A program made the position numbers and the translations under genes. The notes under the pieces were generated by a model. The model had not been told where the DNA came from, did no database searches, and saw nothing but the letters and a program-made list of their open reading frames with translations. From a virus (taxonomy: Duplodnaviria; Caudoviricetes), in the IMG/VR virus record IMGVR_UViG_3300027653_000038, positions 1-32,622 of that record: a DNA stretch of 32,622 nt; one strand, 5' to 3'. Shown here piece after piece: positions 9,638-18,592 of this stretch (its first letter is position 1; the number at the start of each line of letters is the position of its first letter).

Positions 9638-10853
9638 CGCCTCCACCACCCTTCAATTTTCCTTTTGCCTTAGCCATCTGATATTCTTCCAACTGATCTA
9701 ATGTGGTGTAATTTAAGCTTATAAAGTGTTTAGCTCCATGCTGGTTGTCTAAAGGCCTTCGTCCAAGTCTCACCCTAGCTTCGTCTAAGCTTATAATTCC
9801 CTTTTCAAATTCCTCCAGGGTTAATTTGGTGTGCGTTTCTACATCTGTTGTTTTAAATGGTGCAGTGTCGAACTTAAATGCACTATTAGGATCATTAGTC
9901 AGTTTGTAATTCAGTTCATTTGTAATAACTTTTAAATAACTGTGTAATGTAGATGTTAGATAATCCAAGTTTGCTTGCGCTAGTGACATGTTCGATGTTT
10001 CCAATCCCAATTTGTGACGTGGAATACGGTACACCTTACCGATTGTTTCCGTGCTGAACGTACTAGCATTGATCAGCTTTAAAATCTCTGTATCGACCTC
10101 TATTGGCTCATAGTCAAAAGTATCATCAATTACCAATACTTTGTGAGCATTATTTACACCTGCATTTGATTTTTGCCACTCTTCCTTGATTTTGTCCCTA
10201 GCATCCTTCGATAATTTACCATGTTTCATCTTTAAGAGACCGCCAGTTTGCGTATCGTTTCTAAAAAAGTTTGCAAGGAATCGTTTACTGTCTTTTTGCA
10301 TAGATAAATCATCTTTAAGGGACCTCAATGGACTAATGCCCCGTATTCCGTCCAACGTAAAGAACTTAAAGTGCAGTATGTCCACTGTTTCTAGTCGTCT
10401 TATTACACCATTGGAATCACTTACGTCATAAACGAGCCTATACTTTGTTTCTTCATCCTGTTTAATAGCTACTTGAGAGTTATTGAGATGGTATAAAGCT
10501 ATAACCTTACCGTTTGGATCTCGTATAATTTCGCAAAATGACTCACCATTGAGCAAGGCATTGGCCGTAATGATAAATTTAAGTGATCCACCCGAATACA
10601 AGCCGTTTGGTGCAACGTTAAGCAATCTCGTTATTTCGTTAGGACTGGTAATGTCGTCTCTAAACATATCGACATCCAATGATGCAACGTCACTCGCCAA
10701 CAGGTTTACAATTGTAAACACATCGCTATTTTCAATTGCTTTAGCAGATGTAAAATTTGTTGATGTTCCAGTAAATCCTGGAAGCATACTAATCAAAACT
10801 TCCGCTTCATCTTCCGTATAATTTCGTGTTTCCGTATTGCTGAATATCCTCAA
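9630..10853 (-). CDS. Portal protein (HK97 family)
   Basis: LLNGESF, ILHFK..TLDGIRGISP, YRIPRHKLG and DEARVRLG motifs. Confidence 0.95.
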   Translation of the reverse strand: MRIFSNTETRNYTEDEAEVLISMLPGFTGTSTNFTSAKAIENSDVFTIVNLLASDVASLDVDMFRDDITSPNEITRLLNVAPNGLYSGGSLKFIITANALLNGESFCEIIRDPNGKVIALYHLNNSQVAIKQDEETKYRLVYDVSDSNGVIRRLETVDILHFKFFTLDGIRGISPLRSLKDDLSMQKDSKRFLANFFRNDTQTGGLLKMKHGKLSKDARDKIKEEWQKSNAGVNNAHKVLVIDDTFDYEPIEVDTEILKLINASTFSTETIGKVYRIPRHKLGLETSNMSLAQANLDYLTSTLHSYLKVITNELNYKLTNDPNSAFKFDTAPFKTTDVETHTKLTLEEFEKGIISLDEARVRLGRRPLDNQHGAKHFISLNYTTLDQLEEYQMAKAKGKLKGGGGDE

Positions 10854-10859
10854 GTCTCA

Positions 10860-11057
10860 TCACCCCCTTTCTTTTGCTAGAATTAGAGAAATGATGACTA
10901 AGCATGCTCCTAATGAAAAGAAACCTGTGTTTGTAGACAATCTAAAGAACGTATACACGACCACACCTAAACCACCTAAAAAGATGATTCCAGTTAAATT
11001 TGCCAATAAAAAAAGACCTATCTGCTTGATAAAGTCATTTACTTTGTTGATATTCAT
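10860..11057 (-). CDS. Small two-TM membrane protein upstream of portal (DUF1056-like)
   Basis: Two hydrophobic segments. This position is commonly occupied by such a protein in cos phages of Firmicutes. Confidence 0.7.
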   Translation of the reverse strand: MNINKVNDFIKQIGLFLLANLTGIIFLGGLGVVVYTFFRLSTNTGFFSLGACLVIISLILAKERG

Positions 11058-11078
11058 TTTTTCACCACCCATTAACTA

Positions 11079-11222
11079 TTAGTTACATCCTCTCGCATCA
11101 AAGCAACCATTAAGCAAATCGCCTAAGTCCCCACCTTGAAGAAACCATAATCCGGTGACGTTCAAAAGGATTATTAATAACACAAAAGACATAAACGTCA
11201 CATTGTCAATAAACCTTTTCAC
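11079..11222 (-). CDS. Small single-TM hypothetical protein (47 aa)
   Basis: Not in the track. GTG start with GGGGTGA SD: MKRFIDNVTFMSFVLLIILLNVTGLWFLQGGDLGDLLNGCFDARGCN*. Confidence 0.65.
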   Translation of the reverse strand: MKRFIDNVTFMSFVLLIILLNVTGLWFLQGGDLGDLLNGCFDARGCN

Positions 11223-11233
11223 CTGTTCACCCC

Positions 11234-12961
11234 CTAAAAACCAAAATCATCACTTAGGATGTATTCTTCTATCTGTTTAATGTCCATGCCCTGGTACTCA
11301 TAGTCTTTAGCTTCTGCAAATGCCGTTACTGTTGCGACTATAGGGTCAATCTTCTCTCTGTTCTTCTGCTTGTCCAACATCATATTAGCATTGTTGTCGT
11401 ATTTAATGACCGCATTGTTAATTGCTATGTTTAATAATGGGTTATTGCTATGCTGCACCTTTCTTTCATAGACAGAAAACCTAAATTGTTTAATTGGTTC
11501 GGATAAAAACTTATAATTCTGCGGAACTTCTATGAACGGTATGTCTATATCAGGATATTGTTTTTCCCACTCACTTAAAAAGTTTGCAATGTGCCAACTG
11601 TCATAACAAAAGGCTTGTACATTCAAGTTATTGTTTGTGATTAGTTCGGCTGCATACTCAACCACTTGATCGATGTTAATAAACCCACTTTTCAAATTAG
11701 ATTTAGTAGCATATCCATTATCTATCAGCATTTGATAATCGATCTTATCACGTTTAGACTTGGCTTCTAATCCCTCAACTGTAGCAACAAAAGAATGGCC
11801 ATCAACGTAAAATTTTTCATTTTCCAAAGGATATATAGCGTATAATGCCGTTAAATCTCCTGTTCGTGACAAGTCCAGCCCTAGAAAGACATCACGACCG
11901 TAAATATTAATCGGATCGGTTTCACATGCCTGCCATTCTTTAGCTGGTAGAAATGAATTCTCTGCACCTTGCTTCCACATATTGAAGTTTTTAACGACTA
12001 AACCAAGCAAATCTTTTTTTGCAACAGCTTCATTAAATAAACTTCTTAAATTACGCATTAATGTTCCTTTTATGGAATCAACTTCAAGTAATGGATTGGA
12101 TTTAATCCACATATCTTCATTGTAAATTTCTTCTTCGTCATCTTGTTCATAAACCAATACAAAGTAATTGTCCTGGTCCACTTCTTTATTCAGTATTTTT
12201 TCACCATGCTTATACTCCTGTGAATACATAGGACTATTCAAGTCAAAATAAGCTGTTGAGATAATCAGAGTGAGCGCATTCTCTTGTAGAATAGTCCCGG
12301 ATTCAAGAACCTCCATCATACTGTTGTCTTTACTTGCTCCGTACTCGTCTAATATAGATAATGTTGGAGCTAGTCCGTTAATGTTTCCTGTGTCCTTGGA
12401 TAGTGGCTTCAGCACACTGTAAGATGGAGAATGATTTATCTCATTTCTTACCTTTCGTACAGATTTTCGTATTGGTTCTGACATTGAGAGCAAACCATCT
12501 AAACGCTGTACAACCATATTGAATACAATGGAAGCTTGTTCTCTTGATTGCGCTGTGCAATAAATTTGTCTGTTCTGTAATGGGTACTTACCTGCTAATA
12601 ATTCGAAAATAGCAGGTCCACTTATTAAGAACGACTTTCCGTTTTTACGTGCCATTGATATTAAAGCTTTGTTAAAACGTCTTAACTTATCGTTTTCTTT
12701 TCTATACCAACCGTATAATGAATATATAATGAACAATTGGAATTGAGCCATTTTTACAGATTGACCTGTTGAGATATCCGGTAACAACTCCATAAACTTA
12801 ACTGCTATTGCAGCACGTTCAGGAAGATATACATAATCAAAGTCTTCTTTCTCCAGGTCATCTAAATGTCGCTGACATGCTTTAATAACCTTTTTACCAG
12901 CAACAATATCGCCATTTACTATTTTTATAGCGTATTGCGTGCCTGGATCGTTGAAGGTCAT
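11234..12961 (-). CDS. terL: Terminase large subunit
   Basis: Walker A MARKNGKS, Walker B ILDEY, IISTA, nuclease GLDLS...DLTA and KIDP motifs. Confidence 0.97.
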   Translation of the reverse strand: MTFNDPGTQYAIKIVNGDIVAGKKVIKACQRHLDDLEKEDFDYVYLPERAAIAVKFMELLPDISTGQSVKMAQFQLFIIYSLYGWYRKENDKLRRFNKALISMARKNGKSFLISGPAIFELLAGKYPLQNRQIYCTAQSREQASIVFNMVVQRLDGLLSMSEPIRKSVRKVRNEINHSPSYSVLKPLSKDTGNINGLAPTLSILDEYGASKDNSMMEVLESGTILQENALTLIISTAYFDLNSPMYSQEYKHGEKILNKEVDQDNYFVLVYEQDDEEEIYNEDMWIKSNPLLEVDSIKGTLMRNLRSLFNEAVAKKDLLGLVVKNFNMWKQGAENSFLPAKEWQACETDPINIYGRDVFLGLDLSRTGDLTALYAIYPLENEKFYVDGHSFVATVEGLEAKSKRDKIDYQMLIDNGYATKSNLKSGFINIDQVVEYAAELITNNNLNVQAFCYDSWHIANFLSEWEKQYPDIDIPFIEVPQNYKFLSEPIKQFRFSVYERKVQHSNNPLLNIAINNAVIKYDNNANMMLDKQKNREKIDPIVATVTAFAEAKDYEYQGMDIKQIEEYILSDDFGF

Positions 12962-13182
12962 TGATCCTCATCCTTAGATAGCTTTTTCTTTATTATCTTT
13001 TCGGCCTCATCAAAAGAGAGATCGCCATCATGATGTATTTTCATACTGGAATCAATGGATGATCCATCTACCATAATGATAAAACCGACATGATACTCGC
13101 TTGACTCCCTAGCATCCAGAACTTGATCATCTGAATACATCTCTATAATTTCTCTATCAATACTATCTACAATAATTTTCAT
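12958..13182 (-). CDS. Hypothetical protein
   Basis: 74 aa ORF with AAGGAGG SD and ATGA overlap with terL. Confidence 0.75.
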   Translation of the reverse strand: MKIIVDSIDREIIEMYSDDQVLDARESSEYHVGFIIMVDGSSIDSSMKIHHDGDLSFDEAEKIIKKKLSKDEDQ

Positions 13183-13206
13183 TTAAGATATCCTCCTTTT
13201 TGGCAT

Positions 13207-13238
13207 AAAAAAGACACCTACAATTAAGTAAGTGTCTT
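13207..13238 (-). terminator. Terminator-like hairpin between terS and terL
   Basis: AAGACACTTAC-ttaatt-GTAGGTGTCTT followed by TTTT. Confidence 0.7.
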
Positions 13239-13256
13239 GAATGTGTTCCTATTTAA

Positions 13257-13490
13257 CTACTTCCATTTATGATTGATATCAAACAACTCTTGCCCTACCG
13301 CTTTCCAAGATACGAAACCATTCTCTGTTAGCTTAACGACATGCTCAACATTATCTTCGTCCCATATAGTCAGAGCATTGTTCAAGCCTTTGAATGGTCT
13401 CATGTCTTGAAACGGCCTTAAGTACTCCAATGATTCATCCTTTATCATAAGGTCCATTAATTCGGTGTATGTTAATTCGTATATATTCAT
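13257..13490 (-). CDS. Hypothetical protein
   Basis: 77 aa ORF directly after terS, with GGGAG SD. Confidence 0.7.
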   Translation of the reverse strand: MNIYELTYTELMDLMIKDESLEYLRPFQDMRPFKGLNNALTIWDEDNVEHVVKLTENGFVSWKAVGQELFDINHKWK

Positions 13491-13494
13491 TTCA

Positions 13495-13995
13495 TTAACT
13501 CCCTCTCAACAACTTAAGGACTTCATCCTCTTCTTGATCATCATCTGGAACAGTCAATTCTAATCGACTATTAATCGTCATGCCTAGTTGATTAGCAATC
13601 ATTCGTATTTCTTTAACCGTAGAAAGGTATTGATTGTATGCAGGGTTCGCTCTTCGACTCGTTATGTTCCCATCACCGTCAAAGAACTCATTTACATGGC
13701 CGTTATCAATAACATCTTTTTGCAATCGTCTTTTGAAGCCATGCAATTGACAATACGACTCAATCATTTGTCTATCAAGTTCTGCAATTGGCATCTGCTG
13801 CAACAAAGGAATAACCCTCTTCCACTCTTGCTTACCAAAGTAACAAAGATGACTTGGAATAGGTTTAACTTTGATTTGATCATAGTCGTTTAGTGATTCT
13901 TGCCTCGCTAATTCTTTAGCAATATGGTCTTTTCCCTTTTTATGACTTTTCAACTCTTTTTCGGTATATAAACCTCGTGACGGCTTGCCCCTCAT
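13495..13995 (-). CDS. terS: Terminase small subunit, P27 family
   Basis: PSHL...EWKRV...YCQ...NPA...QLGMTINSR motif set. Confidence 0.93.
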   Translation of the reverse strand: MRGKPSRGLYTEKELKSHKKGKDHIAKELARQESLNDYDQIKVKPIPSHLCYFGKQEWKRVIPLLQQMPIAELDRQMIESYCQLHGFKRRLQKDVIDNGHVNEFFDGDGNITSRRANPAYNQYLSTVKEIRMIANQLGMTINSRLELTVPDDDQEEDEVLKLLRGS

Positions 13996-14064
13996 ACAAT
14001 CTCACCTCCATTTATGTATAATTAACTTTTTTGACTTTCATAATCGCAAAATTCGAGAAGGAAA

Positions 14065-14075
14065 CTGCGCACCGT
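14065..14075 (-). other. Candidate cos site (ACGGTGCGCAG on the minus strand)
   Basis: GC-rich segment in the HNH-terS intergenic region, where cos lies in HNH-dependent cos phages, with a C run about 40 bp upstream. Exact ends unknown. Confidence 0.5.
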
Positions 14076-14141
14076 CCTTTAGATCCCAATATGACAAGGG
14101 TTCCTTTTAGCAGGGGGTCACACTTTCCTATTATCTACTTT

Positions 14142-14267
14142 TCATTGTTTTCTATTTTTTCCATTTTCTAACTTTGTTACATTTCCATAAATGACATTAC
14201 CTTCTTTATGTTCACCTTCTATAGTAGCAAAATACATTTCATTGATATCTATGGTTTTATCCTTCAT
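14142..14267 (-). CDS. Possible 41-aa hypothetical protein
   Basis: MKDKTIDINEMYFATIEGEHKEGNVIYGNVTKLENGKNRKQ* with AGGATG upstream. Short, so uncertain. Confidence 0.4.
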   Translation of the reverse strand: MKDKTIDINEMYFATIEGEHKEGNVIYGNVTKLENGKNRKQ

Positions 14268-14280
14268 GTATTCTCATCCT

Positions 14281-14661
14281 CTATATATTATATTCCTTTT
14301 TATCATCCATTGTTATCTTGTTGTGACATTCAAAGCAAACACTCTGGACATTATCTATATCTAATCTCAAGTCCCATCTAACTTTAGTTGGAACGATATG
14401 ATCACCAATGGTTGCTTCAGTATAGATGCTATGATCTAAACAGATCACACATACAAAGCCATCTCTTATCATTGCTTGATACCTAACTGACTTCCATTCC
14501 TTTGTATCATAGAAACGTTTGTATGCTCTTCCTTCTTCTGTTGATGTTCTTATCTGTTCATACTGCTTATGATTATGGTTCGTATGTTTACTGCAGTATG
14601 TATCAGTGATGTCTATGAGTTCCTTACAGTTGATCTTATTGCAGCGCTTCTTTATGTTCAA
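14281..14661 (-). CDS. Terminase-associated HNH endonuclease
   Basis: C-x4-C...YCSKH N-terminus and RDGFVCVIC...DHIVP...NVQSVCFECHNKIT. Lies upstream of terS. Confidence 0.92.
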   Translation of the reverse strand: MNIKKRCNKINCKELIDITDTYCSKHTNHNHKQYEQIRTSTEEGRAYKRFYDTKEWKSVRYQAMIRDGFVCVICLDHSIYTEATIGDHIVPTKVRWDLRLDIDNVQSVCFECHNKITMDDKKEYNI

Positions 14662-14732
14662 TGAGTATCATCTTCCTTGATAGCTTATCGATTCTTTCTG
14701 TACGATCATCTTTCATAAGTAGGTATCTTTAC

Positions 14733-15287
14733 TTATTCAATAGGATATAAAAGCGCCTGAATATCTGTTTTTATATCTTCACCCTCATTTGCATTGAAGG
14801 TGTACTCTTTTGTTTCATCATTACCAAACGTTTGTGCAAAGTCTTCATCACCGTGAAAGTATATATTCCCATGTTCCCCATCTTGATAAGTTACTTTATA
14901 CCGACCTTCTTCTAAATCTTCACCGAAATAATAGGTTCCGGGATTTATTTTAATTGGATCATCTTTTACTTTCACTAAATCACCATTGATTTTATTCAAT
15001 TCAATTTCTTTTTCTTCTATCTCTTCATCTAATTCTGTTATCTCTTCTCTGTAGTAAAGAGAACCATCCAACAACTCCTGGTGTTCTTCTTCTATTTCTT
15101 GTAATTCCTCATAGTGATTTTTGTTTTTATTTAAGTCTATTGTTATTTCATCAAGTTCTTCTTCTTTTTCTTTTATCTTTTCCTTCAATTCATCATAAGT
15201 AACTTTTTCTCCCTCGATGTCAACTGACTTACTTCCACACGCCACCAAAAAGAAAGCAACCGTTAATAAAACAAATACTCTTTTCAT
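14733..15287 (-). CDS. Lipoprotein with coiled-coil stalk and C-terminal beta domain (moron)
   Basis: MKR, hydrophobic core and lipobox LVAC; acidic coiled coil; PGTYYFGEDLEEGRY motif. Confidence 0.85.
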   Translation of the reverse strand: MKRVFVLLTVAFFLVACGSKSVDIEGEKVTYDELKEKIKEKEEELDEITIDLNKNKNHYEELQEIEEEHQELLDGSLYYREEITELDEEIEEKEIELNKINGDLVKVKDDPIKINPGTYYFGEDLEEGRYKVTYQDGEHGNIYFHGDEDFAQTFGNDETKEYTFNANEGEDIKTDIQALLYPIE

Positions 15288-15316
15288 TTGACCACCCCTT
15301 CTTATTATATAGGACT

Positions 15317-15345
15317 ATTATCCTAAAGAAGGTCAATTAATGCAA
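15317..15345 (-). promoter_or_regulatory. Candidate sigmaA promoter for the lipoprotein moron
   Basis: TTGCAT-17 nt-GATAAT on the minus strand, about 30 nt before the ATG. Confidence 0.5.
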
Positions 15346-15485
15346 CTGAATATTTGGCGCTCAACCCTAAGGTATCTTGCGCCCTCTTGTGTAAAATAGT
15401 GTAGTACATTTGTTAGAACACTATATATTGTAGTATGTGGTTTCCGCCACAATACAATAATCTCATGGTTTTCCTCTCGTGAATG

Positions 15486-15944
15486 TTAATTTAAAGGGAA
15501 TAAAGAGGGAATTAAAAGGGAATCTTTTGTTACTATCATAATGTATAATTTATTAAATGCTTCCTCTCTTATCTTCCTGTAAGTCTTTGCACTCATTGGC
15601 GGATCCATACCGATTTCATATACAGTATAATCACTAATGTAATCATGGTTCTTTGTCATATACCTTTTCTTTATTATTTCTCTTTCTGCATCAGGTAGTC
15701 GCTCGACTGCTTGTTCTATCATTACTACATAGTCCATCGCTTCTTGTTTGCGATCCAACGCCCTGATAACATGATTGCCTACCTTATCAGATGTTTCATT
15801 AGACCTTCCACCTCCTATATCATCTATTTGAGAAGTGACGGATGTATCATAATCATTCATAAAAAGAGTGTAATATTTATGCTTGCGATAATCTTCAAAG
15901 ATCAATTCAATTTCACATCTAACATCATTAAAATTCAAATGCAT
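15486..15944 (-). CDS. RinA/ArpU-family late transcriptional activator
   Basis: IEQAVERLPDAEREIIKKRYM...DYTVY..MSAKTYRKIREEAF sigma4-like motif. Last gene before the packaging module. The start may be TTG 15938. Confidence 0.88.
   Translation of the reverse strand: MHLNFNDVRCEIELIFEDYRKHKYYTLFMNDYDTSVTSQIDDIGGGRSNETSDKVGNHVIRALDRKQEAMDYVVMIEQAVERLPDAEREIIKKRYMTKNHDYISDYTVYEIGMDPPMSAKTYRKIREEAFNKLYIMIVTKDSLLIPSLFPLN
15495..15523. promoter_or_regulatory. Three AGGGAAT repeats at 11-bp period; likely late-activator binding site
   Basis: Copies start at 15495, 15506 and 15517, within the 3' end of the RinA-like gene and upstream of the late operon. Confidence 0.6.
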
Positions 15945-15960
15945 CACTCCTTTGTTCATT

Positions 15961-16299
15961 GGTGTCACAGGCAAACGTCATAGGATAAAATCATAGTTTA
16001 ATCCTTGGTGTCACTGGATGGAGTTCGTGTCACAGGATGTTTTATATCTTTCTTTTATATTTATTATTCTTCTTTTTCTTTTCATTTTCTTATTATTATT
16101 AACAACACTGTACTATCTTGTGACTTTATAAATAAAAGTACTATAACACTATATATAACAAGGTCTTGTGACTGTCACAGGATGTTTTTTGATCCCGTGA
16201 CACCACCTTATGATAAAAGAACCTGTAACACTTGCTACATCAAGCATATTGACTGTCACAAGATGAATGCTTATATTTGTGACACCATCCTATGACAAC
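15961..16299. repeat. Probable replication origin: about 10 GTCACAGGAT-like iterons in both orientations around an AT-rich core
   Basis: Copies near 15961, 15977, 16007, 16027, 16115, 16164-16182 (palindromic pair), 16192, 16250, 16278 and 16288. AT-rich stretch about 16040-16160, immediately downstream of the primase-helicase. Confidence 0.8.
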
Positions 16300-18138
16300 C
16301 TATATCTTTTCATAAACCCTCAATCTCTTACCTTCTCTTCTAATCTGCTTTCCTTCATACCCTGCACTGCGTAACCTCCGACCGAACTCGGTATTTCCAA
16401 CAGCTGTTAAACCTAACTCCGCACAATATGCCACGTACTTTCGATATGCTGCAGTAGTCACCACATCCACCACATTGTGGTTTTCTAAGAAAGAAACAAC
16501 ACTATCACTAGAAACAAAGTATTCCTTGGTCTTATTGTCGATCGTATCTGATTGAGATATATCACCGTTTTGAAGTATGCGATCAAGTCCCTCGAGTGCT
16601 AATTTTAATAAATATGACTTGGCATTTTCCGTTGATAGCTTTTCATCTATTTGAAAATCACGCTCTTTAATTTTATTATCACAAGGAATAACAACCATTC
16701 TCCTGGTAATTCCACCGCTCTTATCCCTAAATGTTGGCATCTCATTACACGTAAAAATTAATGTAGCCTTGTTATTTATGTTAACTGGTGGACTATAGAT
16801 AGGTCTGATTAATAACGGATCTCCAGATGCTAACGTTTTAAAGTTACTTGATCGATCCAGATAACTGGCATCTATATCATCAGCTACGTTTAAAAGCTTG
16901 CCTATAAGACTGTACACGCTCGTATCATCATCAAACTTGTCCAAGCTAACACTCGTGTTTAAACCGCTTGAAAAGTCTTGAACCATCTTAATAAACGTGC
17001 TCTTACCATTTCCCCCATGTTCTCCTTGAAAGAAGAATGCTCTATGTGGGAAATCTTTCGTCATAATAACGTGTGCAAATGTTTCTTCAACTACATTCCT
17101 TAGATCTTTTCTATCGTATGTGAGGAAATTCAAGAACTCATCTACATCCTTATCATAGGCATCTTCGATATAATCAATATCAAAATAATAAGGAGTAAAA
17201 CCCGGATCCACTTCTACAATCTCATTTTCATATAATGTATAACCATTTCTGAACTGTACCGGAAGATCATCATCCTCTTGGAGAAACGATTTTATTTTAA
17301 ACAGATCCAGTAGCTGCTTATGTTGGTTCGGACTTAATCGTATAAGATCATCAATGTCTCTAAGAAGTAAGTTTTCATCTGAAATAAAATGAGTACCTTT
17401 TTTAAAGTATAATTTCCCTCTAAAGTAATGAATATCTAACTTCTCAACCAACACTTCTGAAGTCATAATAATATCTTTTGGATCTAAGTATTTTGGTTTA
17501 CTTTGAGCGGGCTTTTTAGTCTTAACTGAATTAATCGTATTAGTAAGCTCTGTATCTTTTAGTGGTTTAGCAAAGACACCGTCATTAATGAATTTAGCAA
17601 GATTGTTAAGCGTTTCATCATCTAGGTGGTATTGTTCCAATGTAGACAGCAAGTGACTGTACATGGCGCTATTACGTCCATCACCATCACCTAATCCATA
17701 TATGTCATGACTTAGCTTTGATGGGTAAAGAAGGATCGGAAGCTCCGGTAACTCATCCCATTTATAAAGTAAATCTTGATTATCCATGTGTCTCAATTGT
17801 CCGGACTGTTTTATTGTTGCTTGTGACCTTATGCCTGTCTTAAAATCAACCTTGACTCCAGCAACGACTAATTTATTCGTATAATTTCTTATTGGCGTTT
17901 TGATAGAATCCGTTTTTGGCCGCTTGTAATAAAGATGAAAGCCACGATCTGTATATACTTTCAATGTAGGTGCTAAATTATAGATGATATCGCCTATTTC
18001 ATTATAGTCATCAAAATCAACGACCACCATCTTATTATCCAAAATCACGCCTGCATCATCATAGTTTTTATGATCTGTACTAAATGTTTTAAAGTCATGC
18101 TTAGGAACTTTACCGTCTAGTTCAATGTATTTTAAGAT
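16300..18138 (-). CDS. P4/D5-like primase-helicase (prim-pol, PriCT, SF3 helicase)
   Basis: VVVDFD and TDRGFHLYY prim-pol motifs, GDGRNSAM, Walker A GGNGKST, NVADDI, IFTCNEMP and ITRR. The track start is GTG 18048; the SD points to ATC 18138. Confidence 0.92.
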   Translation of the reverse strand: MLKYIELDGKVPKHDFKTFSTDHKNYDDAGVILDNKMVVVDFDDYNEIGDIIYNLAPTLKVYTDRGFHLYYKRPKTDSIKTPIRNYTNKLVVAGVKVDFKTGIRSQATIKQSGQLRHMDNQDLLYKWDELPELPILLYPSKLSHDIYGLGDGDGRNSAMYSHLLSTLEQYHLDDETLNNLAKFINDGVFAKPLKDTELTNTINSVKTKKPAQSKPKYLDPKDIIMTSEVLVEKLDIHYFRGKLYFKKGTHFISDENLLLRDIDDLIRLSPNQHKQLLDLFKIKSFLQEDDDLPVQFRNGYTLYENEIVEVDPGFTPYYFDIDYIEDAYDKDVDEFLNFLTYDRKDLRNVVEETFAHVIMTKDFPHRAFFFQGEHGGNGKSTFIKMVQDFSSGLNTSVSLDKFDDDTSVYSLIGKLLNVADDIDASYLDRSSNFKTLASGDPLLIRPIYSPPVNINNKATLIFTCNEMPTFRDKSGGITRRMVVIPCDNKIKERDFQIDEKLSTENAKSYLLKLALEGLDRILQNGDISQSDTIDNKTKEYFVSSDSVVSFLENHNVVDVVTTAAYRKYVAYCAELGLTAVGNTEFGRRLRSAGYEGKQIRREGKRLRVYEKI

Positions 18139-18168
18139 GGAATGACCCCCTTTCTTCGATTCGACATT

Positions 18169-18303
18169 TTACCAGTTCTTGAACACATCCTTGTATTGGC
18201 GATTCCAATAGTTTGATAGTTTAAGATCAGGTCTATTTATATTTCTTATTTCTTTAATTCTTCGTGGGTTTATCACCCATTTTAATTTAATATCTTTTAA
18301 CAT
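18169..18303 (-). CDS. Small basic hypothetical protein (44 aa)
   Basis: MLKDIKLKWVINPRRIKEIRNINRPDLKLSNYWNRQYKDVFKNW* with upstream GGAGGGTAAGGA. Confidence 0.55.
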   Translation of the reverse strand: MLKDIKLKWVINPRRIKEIRNINRPDLKLSNYWNRQYKDVFKNW

Positions 18304-18592
18304 ACGGATCCTTACCCTCCAGTTGATCCAGGAGGACCATTATCTGATCGTGTACCATAGGTATTGTATTGTTCTTTATGAGCAACCGTATCTGATCGGT
18401 AATATGCTTACGTTTAACCTGTTCAGCGTGTAAATATTTGAACCCATCTACTTGCTCCTCTATGGCCATCTCAAGCCAATCGTATTGTTTGTCGAGTGGG
18501 TCAAGGGGCTGTCCATATTTTTCGAGACCTTTACCTTCTTGTTTCTTAGCTCCATCCGTAAATTTATTGATACTGGATTTTAAGTGCTGCAT
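18287..18592 (-). CDS. Hypothetical protein, possibly all-alpha NTP pyrophosphatase-like
   Basis: KGLEKYG...DWLEMAIEEQVDGFKY (EExxD) motif, adjacent to dUTPase. Confidence 0.55.
   Translation of the reverse strand: MQHLKSSINKFTDGAKKQEGKGLEKYGQPLDPLDKQYDWLEMAIEEQVDGFKYLHAEQVKRKHITDQIRLLIKNNTIPMVHDQIMVLLDQLEGKDPYVKRY

Noticed and set aside
16005-16295. 96-aa plus-strand ORF, or a CRISPR-like reading of the repeats
   Set aside because: The repeats are about 10 bp, irregularly spaced and in both orientations, which fits iterons. The ORF lies across the origin and has no support.
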